Virus record (IMG/VR): IMGVR_UViG_3300017910_000227
Span: 1 to 34,771 of that record
Length of the DNA: 34,771 nt
Strand: one strand, 5' to 3'
Origin: a virus
Taxonomy: Duplodnaviria; Caudoviricetes
The notes under the pieces are model-generated. The model was given only the letters and a program-made list of their open reading frames with translations. It did no database searches and was not told the DNA's origin. This document shows positions 1 through 7,443 of the stretch, piece after piece; positions within the stretch are counted from its first letter, which is position 1, and each line of letters opens with the position of its first letter. The position numbers and the translations under genes are program-made.

Positions 1-141
1 ACCTAGACGACATCATCGGGATGGTCATCATCCTGTTCTTCATCCTTGGCTGGATCGACTGGCTTTGGATTTTCGGGGTCGAGGCATCTCGGTCCTACAC
101 ATGGTGGGCGCTCATCGCCCACTTCGCTCAGTAAAAGGGAG
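1..141. repeat. Terminal direct repeat, left copy (circular assembly overlap)
   Basis: Bases 1-141 are identical to 34631-34771. The repeat begins inside a small ORF, as expected for an assembler k-mer overlap of a circular or permuted genome. Confidence 0.95.
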
Positions 142-148
142 GTTCCTA

Positions 149-1054
149 ATGAGCAACATTGCACTCGTATCAAACCAGCGTAAGCTGGTGGCTTCAGACG
201 ATATCGATCAGCAGATTGCTGTTCTCAATTCGCTGATCCATAACCCGCCTCAGAATTCTCGCACTGTCGAGATCGGGCCTAAGTTGGCGGAGTATATTCT
301 CGCCAACATCAACATCGGCAATCGTCCCAAGAAGGTGAAGAAGATCGTTATTTATGCAAACGACATGGCTAACGATAACTGGTCACTGACCGGCGATGCC
401 ATCAAGTTTGGCACTGACGGCAACCTCAAGGACGGACAGAACCGCTTGGCTGCATGCGTGCGCTCTGGCGCGCCCTTCGTAACCGACGCACGTTTTGGCA
501 TCGACCCCAAGTCGTTCGTTCACATGGACGTTGGTGCGACCCGGACCAATGCGGACATCTTCGCAATCATGTCGGTGCCGTATCCTAACGACACGGGACA
601 GGTCATTCGCCTGATCAAGGCATTCGAGCAGGGCAAGGCGTATGCCCGTCATCTCAATCTGACGAATGACCAGATGCGCGCCATCTACACTGACGAGATG
701 GATCACTCTGTTCTTGAGCTTGGCATCAAGATGGCACGGCAGGCGACCAAGACGACAGGCATCTCGGTGGCGCCGATGGCGGCACTGTTCTATGTCGCAT
801 GGAAGCGTGGGCATAGCGAACAGGTGAAGCAGTTCTTGATCGACCTCAAGAACGGCTACGGCACCGGAGTGCGCTCACCCGTTCGCTATCTTCTTGAGAC
901 GATTGTTCGCATCCGCATGGAAAATCGTAACAAGATACACCCTGACGTTGCTTGCATTCTTCTCGCACGGGCTTGGCACAACTACAAGGCTGGCCGCGCG
1001 TCCGTCAAGAAAGATATGCAGGTAAACTCTGCAAGCGTCATGCCAATCATCTAA
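149..1054 (+). CDS. ParB/Srx-like N-terminal domain protein (DGQHR-like)
   Basis: ATG at 149 follows AAGGGAGG. Motif NRP...GDAIKF..DGNLKDGQNRLAA is typical of phage ParB-like proteins, followed by a helical C-terminal region. Confidence 0.7.
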   Translation: MSNIALVSNQRKLVASDDIDQQIAVLNSLIHNPPQNSRTVEIGPKLAEYILANINIGNRPKKVKKIVIYANDMANDNWSLTGDAIKFGTDGNLKDGQNRLAACVRSGAPFVTDARFGIDPKSFVHMDVGATRTNADIFAIMSVPYPNDTGQVIRLIKAFEQGKAYARHLNLTNDQMRAIYTDEMDHSVLELGIKMARQATKTTGISVAPMAALFYVAWKRGHSEQVKQFLIDLKNGYGTGVRSPVRYLLETIVRIRMENRNKIHPDVACILLARAWHNYKAGRASVKKDMQVNSASVMPII

Positions 1055-1064
1055 CGACACATCT

Positions 1065-1093
1065 GGGGCGGTGTTTAGCGCACCGCCCCCTTT
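1065..1093 (+). terminator. GC-rich hairpin (terminator or processing site)
   Basis: GGGGCGGTG-TTTAGCG-CACCGCCCC followed by CTTT, just after the stop at 1054. The U-tract is short. Confidence 0.5.
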
Positions 1094-1107
1094 AAAGGGA
1101 GATTGAG

Positions 1108-1752
1108 ATGCTGAGACTTGATATCGTGCCGGGCCTGCGCCCAGAGGATGATTGGCTGAACTGGCACTACAAGATGCGCGACAAGCATCACGACATGCCT
1201 CGCACGAAAGAGCATTATGAGGCGAACCCGCCATCCGCAGGCGACACTGTTGTCGTGCTGCACACTTGGGCGGGGAAGATGATGAAGCCGCATGTCACCA
1301 CCATAGAGACCATCACAGCGCGAAAGCGCCTTGTCGTGAACCACGATCACGAAGGGTATGCTGGGAAGTCTTTCTGGAGAACGGGGCAAAACTGTTACGC
1401 CCCAACCGGGCAGTGCTGGCTTGTGCCGGGGGAGCTTTATGCTGATATCCCCCTGTCACCGTCTGTCGCGCAGCAGCGGGAGCGTGAGAGCCTTAGACAG
1501 ATGATGCGTGAAGAACAGCCCACCATGATGGAGATGGCTAAGTTTTTCGGCAGCGCCGCTCGCCTTACAAAGGAGCTTCGCCTAGTCACCGAGCAGACCG
1601 GCCTCAATGGAGACGAAGCTGTCAGGCTTCTTGGCAGGGAGGTCAAATTTGAGAAGACCCGGCCACGCGATTGGTCGGGCCGGAAGATCACGCGGGACAT
1701 GATCCGCAGTCACGAACGCACCAAATATGAGGAGCAGAAAAATGGTAGGTAA
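1108..1752 (+). CDS. Hypothetical protein
   Basis: 214-aa ORF with AAGGGAG RBS that overlaps the next start. No recognised motif. Confidence 0.75.
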   Translation: MLRLDIVPGLRPEDDWLNWHYKMRDKHHDMPRTKEHYEANPPSAGDTVVVLHTWAGKMMKPHVTTIETITARKRLVVNHDHEGYAGKSFWRTGQNCYAPTGQCWLVPGELYADIPLSPSVAQQRERESLRQMMREEQPTMMEMAKFFGSAARLTKELRLVTEQTGLNGDEAVRLLGREVKFEKTRPRDWSGRKITRDMIRSHERTKYEEQKNGR

Positions 1753-2698
1753 ACTCACACCCGACGATATCGTCACCGCATCCCGCGTTCCGGTCCTGAT
1801 GGGCCTGTCGCCATACATGACCCCGAACGAGTTGCTGAAGGAGGCCATAGAAGCGGCCGCAGGCAACCCGCCTGAGCGGCTCGCGCAGACCGAACAGATG
1901 CGCTTCGGCGATCTGCTGGAGCCGGTGATCCTCGACGAGGCGGCCTATCGCCTCGACCTTCAGGATGTGGTCACCGACATCACCGAGGCGGTCCACCACC
2001 CGGACCTGCCGCTGGCATGTTCGCTTGATGGCAGGGGGCGTGGCGGCATCGTGTTCGAGCACAACCCGGCGATGGGCATCTATGTCCCACAAGGCGGCGT
2101 GGTGGACACTAGCGGCCCCGGCTGCCTAGAGGCCAAGAACACCGGCGCAGCCCCTGAGGAGGCTCCTGCGCCCCATAGAGGGCCGCTTCAGCTTCACGGG
2201 CAGATGATGTGTACTGGCTATGCTTGGGGCGCTGTGTGCGTCCTGTATCGCGGCTCCGAGCTTCGCATCTTCCTGTACCGTCAGGATCAGGACATGCAGG
2301 ACCAGATCGAGGACGCGGTCCATGAGTTCGAGCGGCGCAAGCGCGATGTCGATTGGTATCCCGCAGTATCGAGCGCTGATGCGAACGTGGCGTGGAGCCG
2401 TGTCGATGACGGCGCCCCGGCGGTTGACCTGAACGAAGTTGCCGACGCCGACCACTGGGCGAGCGTTCTGCTTGCTGCGCGTGAAGCTCGCCGTGCAGCC
2501 GAGGCTGAGATCGACGAGTGCGAGACGATGCTGAAGGAGATGCTCGGCAATCACGAGGAGGGACAGATCGAGGTCGATGGGTCCGTCTATTACATCAAGT
2601 GGCCGATGCGTAACTACAAGGCGCAGCCAGCCAAGACAACCGAGGCCAAGCCTGCCCGGCAGGTGCGCGCTAAGACGCTGACTGTGAAGGAGGCGTAA
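1742..2698 (+). CDS. YqaJ-like (lambda exonuclease family) recombination nuclease
   Basis: ATG at 1742 after GAGGAG. Motifs TASRVPVLMGLSPY, FGDLLEPVI, ACSLDG, LEAK and QLHGQM match the YqaJ PD-(D/E)xK family. Confidence 0.85.
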   Translation: MVGKLTPDDIVTASRVPVLMGLSPYMTPNELLKEAIEAAAGNPPERLAQTEQMRFGDLLEPVILDEAAYRLDLQDVVTDITEAVHHPDLPLACSLDGRGRGGIVFEHNPAMGIYVPQGGVVDTSGPGCLEAKNTGAAPEEAPAPHRGPLQLHGQMMCTGYAWGAVCVLYRGSELRIFLYRQDQDMQDQIEDAVHEFERRKRDVDWYPAVSSADANVAWSRVDDGAPAVDLNEVADADHWASVLLAAREARRAAEAEIDECETMLKEMLGNHEEGQIEVDGSVYYIKWPMRNYKAQPAKTTEAKPARQVRAKTLTVKEA

Positions 2699-2702
2699 AT
2701 GG

Positions 2703-2808
2703 TGGCTTGGGCTGTTGCTCGGAACACATCTTGCTTACCGACACCAATCACTGACCACCTGACGAATGGTTGCAGATTGGGGTTGAAAATGGGTTACAGC
2801 CCAAGCCA
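2703..2808. ncRNA. Candidate structured small RNA (long closing stem, asymmetric bulge, apical stem-loop)
   Basis: Perfect 13-bp inverted repeat TGGCTTGGGCTGT (2703-2715) / ACAGCCCAAGCCA (2796-2808), extendable with G-U pairs. Inner stems CCAATC/GATTGG and ACCA/TGGT. Lies in a 162-bp gap between genes. Confidence 0.55.
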
Positions 2809-2814
2809 GCAGCG

Positions 2815-2844
2815 ACCGTAATCTCGATTAGGCATATTTGTCAA
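2815..2844 (-). promoter_or_regulatory. Sigma70-like antisense promoter
   Basis: Minus strand TTGACA (2844-2839), 18 nt, TACGGT (2820-2815). Predicted start near 2808 coincides with the end of the hairpin. Confidence 0.5.
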
Positions 2845-2860
2845 CAGAAAGGAAAGGATC

Positions 2861-3067
2861 ATGGTAACTCTGACCGAAAAGCAAGCCTCCGTTCTTGCTT
2901 ACATATCCAGACACGTTCGCCGCTATGGGTATGCGCCCAGCGTGCGAGAGGTCGCAGATGCGACAGGCCGATCCCGAACGGCGGCCCACCATCTGATGAC
3001 GCAGCTTGAAAAGCGCGGCGCCATCAAGCGCAGCAAGTACGAAACCCGTGCGATTGAGATGATGTAA
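2861..3067 (+). CDS. LexA-like winged-helix DNA-binding domain only (no peptidase domain)
   Basis: LTEKQASVLAYI...GYAPSVREVADATG..S...AHHLMTQLEKRGAIKR matches the LexA N-terminal domain. The ORF ends at 68 aa. Confidence 0.85.
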   Translation: MVTLTEKQASVLAYISRHVRRYGYAPSVREVADATGRSRTAAHHLMTQLEKRGAIKRSKYETRAIEMM

Positions 3068-3083
3068 AAAAACGATCAGGGGG

Positions 3084-3139
3084 TATTGATATTAGATCAA
3101 TATCCCCTTATCTACTTGGAGTAGGACATTTCTAGAACA
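3084..3139 (+). promoter_or_regulatory. Early promoter P2 with palindromic operator and SOS-box-like element
   Basis: TTGATA (3086-3091), 17 nt, TATCTA. Inverted repeat GATATT-N5-AATATC. AGTAGGACATTTCTAGAACA (3120-3139) is 19/20 identical to 33765-33784. Confidence 0.65.
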
Positions 3140-3150
3140 GGGAGATCAAA

Positions 3151-3759
3151 ATGCGTAACTCTGAGACAGTCATCATGGATGTAGACGCTTGGGAACGCGG
3201 TCGCGACCGCGCCATCAAGGCGAACGCCAGCAAGGGTCGTAACGACCGCTGGATCGCTGCGGACGAAACCCGCCGCGAGGTCGAGGGGTTTCTCCGTGGC
3301 TGGTTCGGCACCGACGGCTTCCTCGGCGCAATGTGCGCGCAGCTTGACGAGTGGGGTCACCTCACCGAGAAGCAGGAAGCTGCCGTCCGCAAGATCATCG
3401 CCGACCGCAAGGAGCGCGCCGAGAAGCGCGACGCCGAGCGCGAGGCAGAGCGCGCTGCCGCTGCCGACTGCCCCGAGGGTCGCGTCACCCTGACCGGCGT
3501 CGTCATCTCGACCGACCTGCGCGAGAACGCTTTCGGCAGGACTTGGAAGATGCTGTTCAAGTCGGACGACGGCTTCAAGCTCTGGGGTACGGTCCCGAAC
3601 GCGCTGTTCGGTTGGGACGACGAGGAGGGTCGCAACCAGTTCCACGCCGACGACATGCCGGGCAAGCGCGTCACATTCACCGCAACCGTCACGCCGAGTG
3701 CTGACGACGAGAAGTTCGGGTTCTTCAAGCGCCCGACAAAAGCAGAGTGGGTGGCCTAG
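3151..3759 (+). CDS. Hypothetical phage protein (C-terminal beta-rich, possibly OB-fold-like)
   Basis: 202-aa ORF with CAGGGAG RBS and strong high-GC3 codon bias. Ends FGFFKRPTKA. Confidence 0.8.
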   Translation: MRNSETVIMDVDAWERGRDRAIKANASKGRNDRWIAADETRREVEGFLRGWFGTDGFLGAMCAQLDEWGHLTEKQEAAVRKIIADRKERAEKRDAEREAERAAAADCPEGRVTLTGVVISTDLRENAFGRTWKMLFKSDDGFKLWGTVPNALFGWDDEEGRNQFHADDMPGKRVTFTATVTPSADDEKFGFFKRPTKAEWVA

Positions 3760-3794
3760 CGCCACCCCTCATCATCATCGAAGGGAGACAAACG

Positions 3795-4100
3795 ATGAAA
3801 AACCCAGAAACAATTTTGCACAAAGACGGAGTTTGGATCGCTGACAAGGCTTTCACTGAGGAAGCAATTCGGCAGGCATCGCTGGCTTTGAAGAAAGCCG
3901 AGGCTCAGCTAGATAGCTTTGGTATGCGTGGCATGGGCGTCCTGCCTGATGCAGTCGCCTATCAAAAGATTTCGTTCAAACTCTGGGAACTGCAAGAGTA
4001 TCTTCGGCAGTATCACATGGACCTTCTGGAAATGGAGACGCACGACGGCATCCCTGATCCGCGCGAAACGTCCCTGCCTATTCCTGAGATTGCAGAATGA
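3795..4100 (+). CDS. Hypothetical protein
   Basis: ATG at 3795 after the CATCGAAGGGAGACA cassette; 101 aa. Confidence 0.75.
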   Translation: MKNPETILHKDGVWIADKAFTEEAIRQASLALKKAEAQLDSFGMRGMGVLPDAVAYQKISFKLWELQEYLRQYHMDLLEMETHDGIPDPRETSLPIPEIAE

Positions 4101-4267
4101 CCACCTGCCCATCATGCGGCGGAGAAGGGCGTCGCGAGTACGAGGTCGCAGTCGCCGCACCAATGGCATGGAGCGGCGGCTGGCTCGAAGAGAAAGAGAT
4201 GGAGTGCCATCTCTGTGAGGGATCAGGCGAAGTTGACGAGGAGGTCGCCGAGAGTTACGATCCCTGA
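4097..4267 (+). CDS. Small DnaJ-type zinc-finger protein (not in ORF track)
   Basis: ATGA overlap with the previous stop. MTTCPSCGGEG...ECHLCEGSGEV..., 56 aa, with two CxxCxGxG motifs. Confidence 0.8.
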   Translation: MTTCPSCGGEGRREYEVAVAAPMAWSGGWLEEKEMECHLCEGSGEVDEEVAESYDP

Positions 4268-4291
4268 CGTGGCAGATATTCCTCCCCAACT

Positions 4292-4318
4292 GACCCCGCC
4301 GAGGCGGGGTCTTTTTTT
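4292..4318 (+). terminator. Rho-independent terminator at the convergence of the two arms
   Basis: GACCCCGCC-GA-GGCGGGGTC followed by T7. Confidence 0.85.
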
Positions 4319-4682
4319 ATTTCTTCTTTACGCTCTCGGCTAGGCCACCGCCGAAGTAAAAGCCGACGATGCCGAGCATGATCTCACCGAGCCACATCTC
4401 CGACGCAAAGTCCTTAGCCGCCTCGACGTTGCTCATGTCGATCACACCATACAGGGCGCCGACAACGCCGTTCGCCATGATGAACAGGAACATCCCCGTG
4501 AACATCAGCGCGATGTAGCGTTGGGCCAGCTTGAAGGGTTGATAGGCTGCGAGAAGGTCAGTCTTCGCCTTGCTTTTAGCTGCGACCCCTTCAGCGTCGC
4601 TGGTGTGCATGTTGTCGATCAGGTCCATCCCTTTCGAGATCACCTTCTCTGAACCAAGTATTTTGCCAAGTATTGCAAGCAT
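4317..4682 (-). CDS. Putative holin (3TM-holin-like)
   Basis: Likely start MLAILGKILG at 4682. Hydrophobic segments, C-terminal IVGFYFGG and KKK; located in the lysis cassette. Confidence 0.6.
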   Translation of the reverse strand: MLAILGKILGSEKVISKGMDLIDNMHTSDAEGVAAKSKAKTDLLAAYQPFKLAQRYIALMFTGMFLFIMANGVVGALYGVIDMSNVEAAKDFASEMWLGEIMLGIVGFYFGGGLAESVKKK

Positions 4683-4870
4683 TACTCTATCACCTCTATG
4701 TCTAGGTCGGTCGGAAAGCATAGCATTTCTTTGTTCATAGGCATGCGCTCCGACCAGTTGATGTAAGTCCCGGCGACATGACACTGGGCCATCGTCTCAT
4801 GGTCGCTCAGGATGTGGACGGTCATCTCACCATTTACCTCGGCGACGACCATCAGCAAGAGCCACTTCAC
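4682..4870 (-). CDS. Small protein with hydrophobic N-terminus and two Cys
   Basis: 62 aa, MKWLLLMVVA..., coupled to both neighbours. Confidence 0.65.
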   Translation of the reverse strand: MKWLLLMVVAEVNGEMTVHILSDHETMAQCHVAGTYINWSERMPMNKEMLCFPTDLDIEVIE

Positions 4871-5076
4871 TTGCTTTCATGTCCCATCCAAACGGCGAAC
4901 GCCCCCGTGGCGGCCCCGACGATGGTTGAGACAAACGCGGTCTGCTGTGTCGTTGCGTCCGAGCCGAGGCTCATAAACCAGTCACAGACATTCCACGCCA
5001 TCAGCGTAAACAGTAACATCATTCCACGCGGGAGCAGCTTCCACTGGAGGATGCGCTCGAAAGTCAGATCAGCCAT
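4867..5076 (-). CDS. Small two-TM membrane protein (holin-like)
   Basis: Two hydrophobic segments; directly downstream of the lysozyme. Confidence 0.65.
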   Translation of the reverse strand: MADLTFERILQWKLLPRGMMLLFTLMAWNVCDWFMSLGSDATTQQTAFVSTIVGAATGAFAVWMGHESK

Positions 5077-5494
5077 CCATCCATTCCCCGCTGATCAACA
5101 TCGCAGCCATGTCCTCGCTGCGTTTTCCGACCTGCGCCGACCATCTGCTGTCGAGCAATTGCGCGGCGGCCTCGGCCATGTCACCCACCTCAATCGCCGC
5201 CTGAGCCTTCTTGAAGCCGTCCCAGCGTGGCTTGCCTAGGTTGAACAGCATTGAGATCACAACCGCCTGACGAGGCTCTGAGAGGCCAGCAAACCACGGG
5301 TAGGTTTCTGCCTCTGCCCGGCAACGCTTCAGATCATTCGCCAGCAGGTAGTCGATCTCGTCATCGGACAGTCCGCCGCCTAGCTCCTCATCGATCAGGC
5401 GCCCCACGCCGATGGTAAGATATCCCCTGCTGTCTTTATATGCGTGCGGGACCACGCCTTCGTGGTGTTTGATCATCTCGATCAGCTTGTCCAT
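5069..5494 (-). CDS. Endolysin, T4-lysozyme-like (GH24) muramidase
   Basis: HEGVVPHAYKDSRGYLTIGVG has the E-x8-D-x5-T triad of T4 lysozyme; also MLFNLG and LLDSRWSAQVGKR. Confidence 0.9.
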   Translation of the reverse strand: MDKLIEMIKHHEGVVPHAYKDSRGYLTIGVGRLIDEELGGGLSDDEIDYLLANDLKRCRAEAETYPWFAGLSEPRQAVVISMLFNLGKPRWDGFKKAQAAIEVGDMAEAAAQLLDSRWSAQVGKRSEDMAAMLISGEWMDG

Positions 5495-5510
5495 TTGCGT
5501 CTCCGTCTGA

Positions 5511-5942
5511 TTATATTCTGCCCTGATGATGCAGAATTAAAGCGACAATGCCAGCCACAACAAGCAATATCGCGAGCAAGATTGTGCCGATGATTGTGCC
5601 GTCAATAATTTTTCTTCTCTTGATAACTGCTGCCGCCTCTGCCTCTCGGCGCGCAACTCTCGCTTTCGCTTGAAACCTTTGCCAGTCATTCCACAGGCCG
5701 GGGCGACCCAGATAGATCATAATCTGTTTCAGTTCTTCTTCTTTTTGACGGATTTGCTCAAGGGCCATGAACTCCTCAAGGTCGGAGCCGCCGCCCTTTT
5801 TGGCAGCTTTGGACTGTAGTTTTTCTTTAGCGCCGACGAACTCTGCAATGGCACTGCCAGCAGCAGCTATCTCTTTGCCGTTCGAGACTGCTTGCTTGAT
5901 GACTGCAAAGGCTGCATTGGCTGCGGCAAGCTCGGCAAGCAT
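5511..5942 (-). CDS. Coiled-coil protein with C-terminal transmembrane helix
   Basis: Likely start MLAELAAANAAF at 5942 (TGATG overlap). C-terminal hydrophobic stretch IIGTILLAILLVVAGIVALIL. Confidence 0.75.
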   Translation of the reverse strand: MLAELAAANAAFAVIKQAVSNGKEIAAAGSAIAEFVGAKEKLQSKAAKKGGGSDLEEFMALEQIRQKEEELKQIMIYLGRPGLWNDWQRFQAKARVARREAEAAAVIKRRKIIDGTIIGTILLAILLVVAGIVALILHHQGRI

Positions 5943-6130
5943 CAGTATACCCTCACGTCTTTGTCTACCAGCTTCGGCAGACAATAAGCAGTGATGTTGT
6001 TGCCTTGTTTATGCAGTCTCTTGGCAAAGTACACGCAGTCATTGACATCGCGAAAATACATATCATTGCTAGTGAGCCGCTTATCCTCACCGACACCTAC
6101 ATAAACAAATAGTAGAAACACATGGATCAT
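5942..6130 (-). CDS. Small protein with hydrophobic N-terminus and two Cys
   Basis: 62 aa, MIHVFLLFVYVG...C...AYCLP; translationally coupled. Confidence 0.7.
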   Translation of the reverse strand: MIHVFLLFVYVGVGEDKRLTSNDMYFRDVNDCVYFAKRLHKQGNNITAYCLPKLVDKDVRVY

Positions 6131-6297
6131 CCATTAACAATAATTCCTATAAGCAACAGGATCGTGGTGCCAGCGGTGCCGATCATGATCGCCTCAATCC
6201 TTTTTATTCGCAGGATTGTTTCACGCCACCTCTCGGCGCAGACCGCCTCATGAGTGTCTAGCTCGGCTTTGACTGAGGTGGCAGTGGGCTTCGACAT
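6127..6297 (-). CDS. Small membrane-anchored protein (not in ORF track)
   Basis: MSKPTATSVKAELDTHEAVCAERWRETILRIKRIEAIMIGTAGTTILLLIGIIVNG, 56 aa; GGAG RBS and ATGA overlap with the next gene. Confidence 0.75.
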   Translation of the reverse strand: MSKPTATSVKAELDTHEAVCAERWRETILRIKRIEAIMIGTAGTTILLLIGIIVNG

Positions 6298-6308
6298 TCG
6301 TTTGCTCC

Positions 6309-6677
6309 TTACGAATATGGCGATGCGCCGAGAAGGTCAGTGTCCCAAGCGGCCTTGAGTGTTGCTATGTCAGTCGCGTTGGTAATAGCAGCAGCAGCCG
6401 GGGCGTCCCTGAGACTTGTCTTCTTTGTCACAGATGCAGCCTTCGCAGTAGCGTCATCAGCCTCAAGAGCTTTCATGTAGGCAACATCCTCTGCTTCAAG
6501 CAAAGGCTTGCGAACCTCTCGGATTTTGTCTTTGAAGATTTCTTTCGCTTTGGCGAGGTCTTCTGAAATTACAGTGCCACTCAAAGACCAAGCGTTACGA
6601 AAGTGCCTGTCGGTTGGCATAGTAGCATCAGAAACTGCTATTTCATTTCCATCTTTGTCTGCAATAATTCCTGTCAT
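6309..6677 (-). CDS. Tail-fibre-associated (assembly-like) protein
   Basis: Likely start MTGII at 6677 (ATGA overlap). Motifs PTDRHFRNAW, KIREVRKPLL and LRDAPA; follows the fibre genes. Confidence 0.6.
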   Translation of the reverse strand: MTGIIADKDGNEIAVSDATMPTDRHFRNAWSLSGTVISEDLAKAKEIFKDKIREVRKPLLEAEDVAYMKALEADDATAKAASVTKKTSLRDAPAAAAITNATDIATLKAAWDTDLLGASPYS

Positions 6678-7096
6678 GCTGCTAATCTCCAAGCGTTGCG
6701 CCATTCTCTTGTTTGAGGCAACTGTTGCTTTCTACAAATCACCATCTTCGGGCGGTTTCCTTCGTTGTACACTCTCCAAACGTGCTGTGGCACGTCCTTC
6801 ATAATAATAAACTCTAAAGCCTCTTCTTCTGTTTTTGGCCCTTCTCTGGGCGTGTCGTGCAGTAAATAACCCCGTGTGTGTTTTTTAAAATCAGGCTGTG
6901 AAGCATCTTTTTGTAACTCCCAAAAAGTCCAAATGGGTGGGAATACGTTTCCAGCCATCAGTGCCGCCATAGCATGTGCATCAGGTTTCATAATTTTGAC
7001 TGGCTCATCTACGTTGTCTTCATAAACTACACGGTAATCACTATAGAAGGGTTGTAGTTCTTCTCTTGCTTTTGCCAGCCTGTCTATAAATTTCAT
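6674..7096 (-). CDS. Tail-fibre-associated hypothetical protein
   Basis: Likely start MKFIDRL at 7096 (TAATG overlap). Motifs TEEEALEFIIMKDVP and LPQTREWRNAW. Confidence 0.65.
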   Translation of the reverse strand: MKFIDRLAKAREELQPFYSDYRVVYEDNVDEPVKIMKPDAHAMAALMAGNVFPPIWTFWELQKDASQPDFKKHTRGYLLHDTPREGPKTEEEALEFIIMKDVPQHVWRVYNEGNRPKMVICRKQQLPQTREWRNAWRLAA

Positions 7097-7443
7097 TAGG
7101 TGATGTCTCCAATAAACACAGTGCAAGCTATGTCAAAGTCCCTTTCACCTGCGTCTGCATCTAATCCCCTAAACCTAGCGCCACCTGCCGCTGGAACATT
7201 TTGATTATCGGCCTGTATCATTCCACCTGCTTTGGCAGTTGACCCGCCGCCAACACTACGCCCTCTACCACAAACAAACGCATAGTTTGCATTGGACATG
7301 TCGTTAGCTATTGTCCAAGTAGAGTCTCCTGTCCCATTGTCTGTGACAGATGTCATATTGAAGGAGTCTTCTTGTGTAGTGTCGTGAAAACTACCTCGCG
7401 ACCACGCGCCAATGGCATGATGATTAGGTCCAAAGGTACTCAT
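7096..7443 (-). CDS. Small fibre-tip-like protein
   Basis: 115 aa; DSFNMTSVTDNGTGD...F.GD pattern typical of fibre C-terminal modules in marine phages. Confidence 0.6.
   Translation of the reverse strand: MSTFGPNHHAIGAWSRGSFHDTTQEDSFNMTSVTDNGTGDSTWTIANDMSNANYAFVCGRGRSVGGGSTAKAGGMIQADNQNVPAAGGARFRGLDADAGERDFDIACTVFIGDIT

Noticed and set aside
1-141. 141-bp terminal repeat as a biological DTR
   Set aside because: It starts inside an ORF, and 141 is a common final assembler k-mer size. It is best read as a circularisation overlap.
65-148. Upstream extensions in the ORF track (65, 1727, 3747, 4784, 5984, 6704, 7126, 32417, 33721)
   Set aside because: Downstream starts have better RBSs or stop/start coupling, so I used those.
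2759-2790. CTGACGA...GAAA as a hammerhead ribozyme core
   Set aside because: I could not build a convincing stem II, or stems I and III, around the core.
2699-2821. 40-aa ORF MVAWAVARNTSC... and track ORF 2770-3009
   Set aside because: No recognisable protein features, and the region is better explained by the RNA structure. A leader peptide coupled to the exonuclease stop cannot be fully excluded.
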